Shown here: positions 18,300 through 20,735 of the stretch, one piece after another
Layout of the letters: every line of letters starts with the position of its first letter
Numbering within the stretch: position 1 is the stretch's first letter
Source of the DNA: Candidatus Bathyarchaeota archaeon
Lineage (GTDB): Archaea; Thermoproteota; Bathyarchaeia; Bathyarchaeales; Bathycorpusculaceae
Assembly (NCBI GenBank): GCA_963775685.1
Contig: CAVZJV010000013.1
Location: forward strand, 1-20,735
Direction of reading: 5' to 3'
Length of the DNA: 20,735 nucleotides
Notes under the pieces: model-generated
What the model saw: the letters and a program-made list of their open reading frames with translations, nothing else
Told to the model about the DNA's origin: nothing
The model's database searches: none
Translations under genes and position numbers: made by a program

Positions 18300-18761
18300 T
18301 TGATGGTTAAGGTTTTTGTTTTTTACGATTCTAAATACGACAACACGAAGCTTTGTGGGGAGAAGGTTGCGGAGGGTTTGCGTGTTGGAGGTGCGGAGGT
18401 TGATTTGGGCTACGTTAAAGAAGTCAGCCCAGAGCATGCCTTGGATTACGATTCGATCGTTTTAGGTGCACCAAACCACATGGGTCGACCCAGCCAAACC
18501 ATGAAGAAATTTGTGAATCGCCTCTCAGAGCTTGGGTTAAAGGGCAAAAAAGTCGCAGTTTTCGGAACTTACTCGGGGAAAGTGAGGTCGCGTGACAGGG
18601 CGGTTAGGAAGTTGGAGGGGCTGGTGCTGGAGAAATTGCCCAACTTGACTCTGGTTTCGTCCTCACTGTCGGTTAGGGTGAAAGGGGTGTCGGGTCCCGT
18701 AGTGGAAGGGGAGCTGCCTCGATGCGTGGATTTTGGCAAAACCCTCCTTGCCCAGTTGTAA
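18300..18761 (+). CDS. Flavodoxin-domain protein
   Basis: VFVFYDSKYDNTK, YDSIVLGAPNHMG, LKGKKVAVFGTY and CVDFGK. Followed by a T-tract. Confidence 0.88.
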   Translation: MMVKVFVFYDSKYDNTKLCGEKVAEGLRVGGAEVDLGYVKEVSPEHALDYDSIVLGAPNHMGRPSQTMKKFVNRLSELGLKGKKVAVFGTYSGKVRSRDRAVRKLEGLVLEKLPNLTLVSSSLSVRVKGVSGPVVEGELPRCVDFGKTLLAQL

Positions 18762-18790
18762 TTTTTTTTTGCTTTTCTTGGTTGTTTAGT

Positions 18791-20245
18791 TTAATCTATC
18801 AATGTTTTGACAGTTATTTTTTCCTTCTTTTGTTGAGGTTTTCGGTTAATTTGGAGAACGGAGGGTATTATGGCTAAGGCGTTGATGATGCCTAATACGA
18901 AGTATGTGTTTTTTAGGCTGTTGAAGAAAACGGCTATGTCTGTTGTGGATACGGATGCGGGGTTTAGGGCGGAAATCGCTTCGGTTATTATGGTGTATGG
19001 TGCAGTCAGGGACATGACGACTATTGCTAAGTTGAGGCTTACAGTTAATCCAATGTTCAAAAACAAGCTAACTAAAGCTGAGCCTATTCCTCGTCTTTGC
19101 ATGGGAAGTGAACCCATAACACTCCTCAAGTTTGGTGCCAAGAAAAACCCGGTGCCCAACCCTAAAAGAACCAAATATGCACTCAAGATCGCATACGGGG
19201 TGGTTGTGGTGACAGTGGAAAAGAGAAACAACCCTGCAGAGCCCAAAGCTAGGCCCAAGATGGTGAATCGAACATACCCAAACTTATCTGACAACCTGCC
19301 GCTTAGTGGACCCACAGCTAAAAAGGCAACCTCAAAGGGCAAAATCCGCAGTCCCGCTTGCAGAGGGGATTGGCCAAGGACAAGTTGAAATTGCAAACTC
19401 AGTAGAAGTAGAAAAGCAGCCCACGCAATAACGTTCAATAGGACAGCTACAACACCTCCTGTCACAGCTCGAATCCTAAACATTGTCAAATCCAAGAGCG
19501 GATAGCTTATTCTTCTTTGCCAGATTACAAACAGCACAAGAAAAATCGCTGAAACAGGCAACAAAGTGTAAACCACGTTTAATGAGCTAAGCCCATATGC
19601 ACTAAAGGTTAAGCTAAGCATGAAGCTTAGCATGAAAACGCTAAATAATGCAAAGCCAATCCAGTCAATTCTGCGGTCCTTGTCCAAATACGCAACCTCC
19701 AGCAACCTTTTTCTTGCCCAATACGTGCCAAAAATTCCCACTGGTATGTTTATGTAGAATAGTGCTCGCCAATCAAAAAAGGATAAGATTAAGCCGCTTA
19801 ACGTTAAACCTAAGAGTGCTCCAGCTCGAAAAGATATTTGGTTTATGCCCACAAAAAGCCCTAGCTCTTCTTTTGGTGAAGCATCTGTGACTATGGCTAT
19901 GCTGTTAGCAAAAACCAAAGATGCACCGAAGCCCTGAACAGCTCTAAAGAGGATGACTTCGGTTGGGTTCATGCCTAAGCTGGTTAATGCTGACCCGATG
20001 GTGAATATTGCAAAACCATAGGAGTAGATGCGTATTCTCCCGAATATGTCAGATAGTCTTCCGATTAGCAGCAACATCAGGGTATTTGTTAGGACGTAGG
20101 ATTGGGTTATCCAGATTGCCTGTTCTGGGTCAGCATGCAATTGCTTTGCAACCTGAGGCAAGCCTACGATGACGATTCTGGAATCTAAGCCTACCATGAA
20201 AATGCCTAAAATGGTGACAGTTAAAGCAACCCACTTGTATTCCAC
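18791..20245 (-). CDS. MFS transporter, DHA2 (EmrB/QacA-like, 14-TMS)
   Basis: LDSRIVIVGLP, motif A GRLSDIFGRIR, FRAVQGFG, WRALFYINIPVG, PLLDLTMF and GRLSDKFG. Confidence 0.93.
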   Translation of the reverse strand: MEYKWVALTVTILGIFMVGLDSRIVIVGLPQVAKQLHADPEQAIWITQSYVLTNTLMLLLIGRLSDIFGRIRIYSYGFAIFTIGSALTSLGMNPTEVILFRAVQGFGASLVFANSIAIVTDASPKEELGLFVGINQISFRAGALLGLTLSGLILSFFDWRALFYINIPVGIFGTYWARKRLLEVAYLDKDRRIDWIGFALFSVFMLSFMLSLTFSAYGLSSLNVVYTLLPVSAIFLVLFVIWQRRISYPLLDLTMFRIRAVTGGVVAVLLNVIAWAAFLLLLSLQFQLVLGQSPLQAGLRILPFEVAFLAVGPLSGRLSDKFGYVRFTILGLALGSAGLFLFSTVTTTTPYAILSAYLVLLGLGTGFFLAPNLRSVMGSLPMQRRGIGSALVSLFLNIGLTVSLNLAIVVMSLTAPYTIITEAISALNPASVSTTDIAVFFNSLKNTYFVLGIINALAIIPSVLQINRKPQQKKEKITVKTLID

Positions 20246-20489
20246 ACAAAAACCTCAAAAAAATAAAGAACAGCGGTCCCTTTAGAAATATTAATTTGCC
20301 AGGTAATTAACTCTTTCATTGAGTTTTTTTTTAAAAAAAAAGTCAAAGGTTCTTTTAATCCATGTTTTATCCTTACTGAATTTTTTGAAATTGCAGGTGC
20401 AAAAATCAGAGAAAACGCCGCTTAAACGTTTTTGAGGTTGCTAAAAGAGCAAGGCACTCAGATGTTGTCGTTGAATGAGGAGTAAACGT

Positions 20490-20543
20490 TGGTCATTGCT
20501 CGGGTTCATCAAAATGCGCCTTCAGCAGCCCCGTCATCACTTC
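20490..20543 (-). ncRNA. Candidate C/D box sRNA
   Basis: Minus strand reads GTGATGA (C, 20540-20534), CTGA (D', 20525-20522), TTGATGA (C', 20512-20506) and ATGA (D-like, 20496-20493). Box order is correct but the guides are only 8-9 nt. Confidence 0.45.
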
Positions 20544-20735
20544 CTTAGAAGTCGAATGTCTCCGAGTATGTTTTGTCCTTTATGCCCTTTTGGAATATTG
20601 GTGGTAAGACAAAAGGAAGGCTTTAGACAAGAGCACAAAACAGTTTGACTACTGCTTGTGGCGGCTGCGCAATAAGCTTGCAACCCATAGCCAGTGCCAC
20701 CAAAATAAACATAAATCAAGAAAATTTTTCCGTCC
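20537..20735 (-). CDS. Possible 3' end of an unknown gene running in from the window edge
   Basis: The frame is open from the right edge (DGKIFLIYVYFGG...) to TGA 20537-20539. No recognisable motif. Confidence 0.25.
   Translation of the reverse strand, partial: DGKIFLIYVYFGGTGYGLQAYCAAATSSSQTVLCSCLKPSFCLTTNIPKGHKGQNILGDIRLLRK

Overview
Archaeal genomic window. The full-length 16S rRNA gene (15805-17300) looks like a TACK archaeon, most likely Bathyarchaeia; this rests on my recognition of the sequence, not a database search. The left half is a respiratory cluster. It has a Tat-exported gluconate-2-dehydrogenase-like GMC flavoprotein pair on the + strand. Converging on it is a complete CuA-containing A1-type heme-copper oxidase operon on the - strand (cupredoxin-coxB-coxA-coxC-coxD-cupredoxin-ctaB), plus a divergent DUF420/CtaM-like gene. 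No cytochrome c or heme A synthase gene is present in the window. CoxA keeps the D-channel but lacks the canonical K-channel Thr/Lys. Next come an ATPase-motif-degenerate thermosome paralog, an Lrp/AsnC effector domain, a DUF47 gene with a frameshifted PiT transporter, an unannotated 46-aa desulforedoxin-like protein and a radical SAM pseudogene. The 16S gene stands alone with no 23S or tRNA, and is enclosed by a clear bulge-helix-bulge processing stem. The window ends with a flavodoxin, a DHA2 MFS transporter and a candidate C/D box sRNA. Two genes appear to need non-canonical start codons (CTG, ACG).
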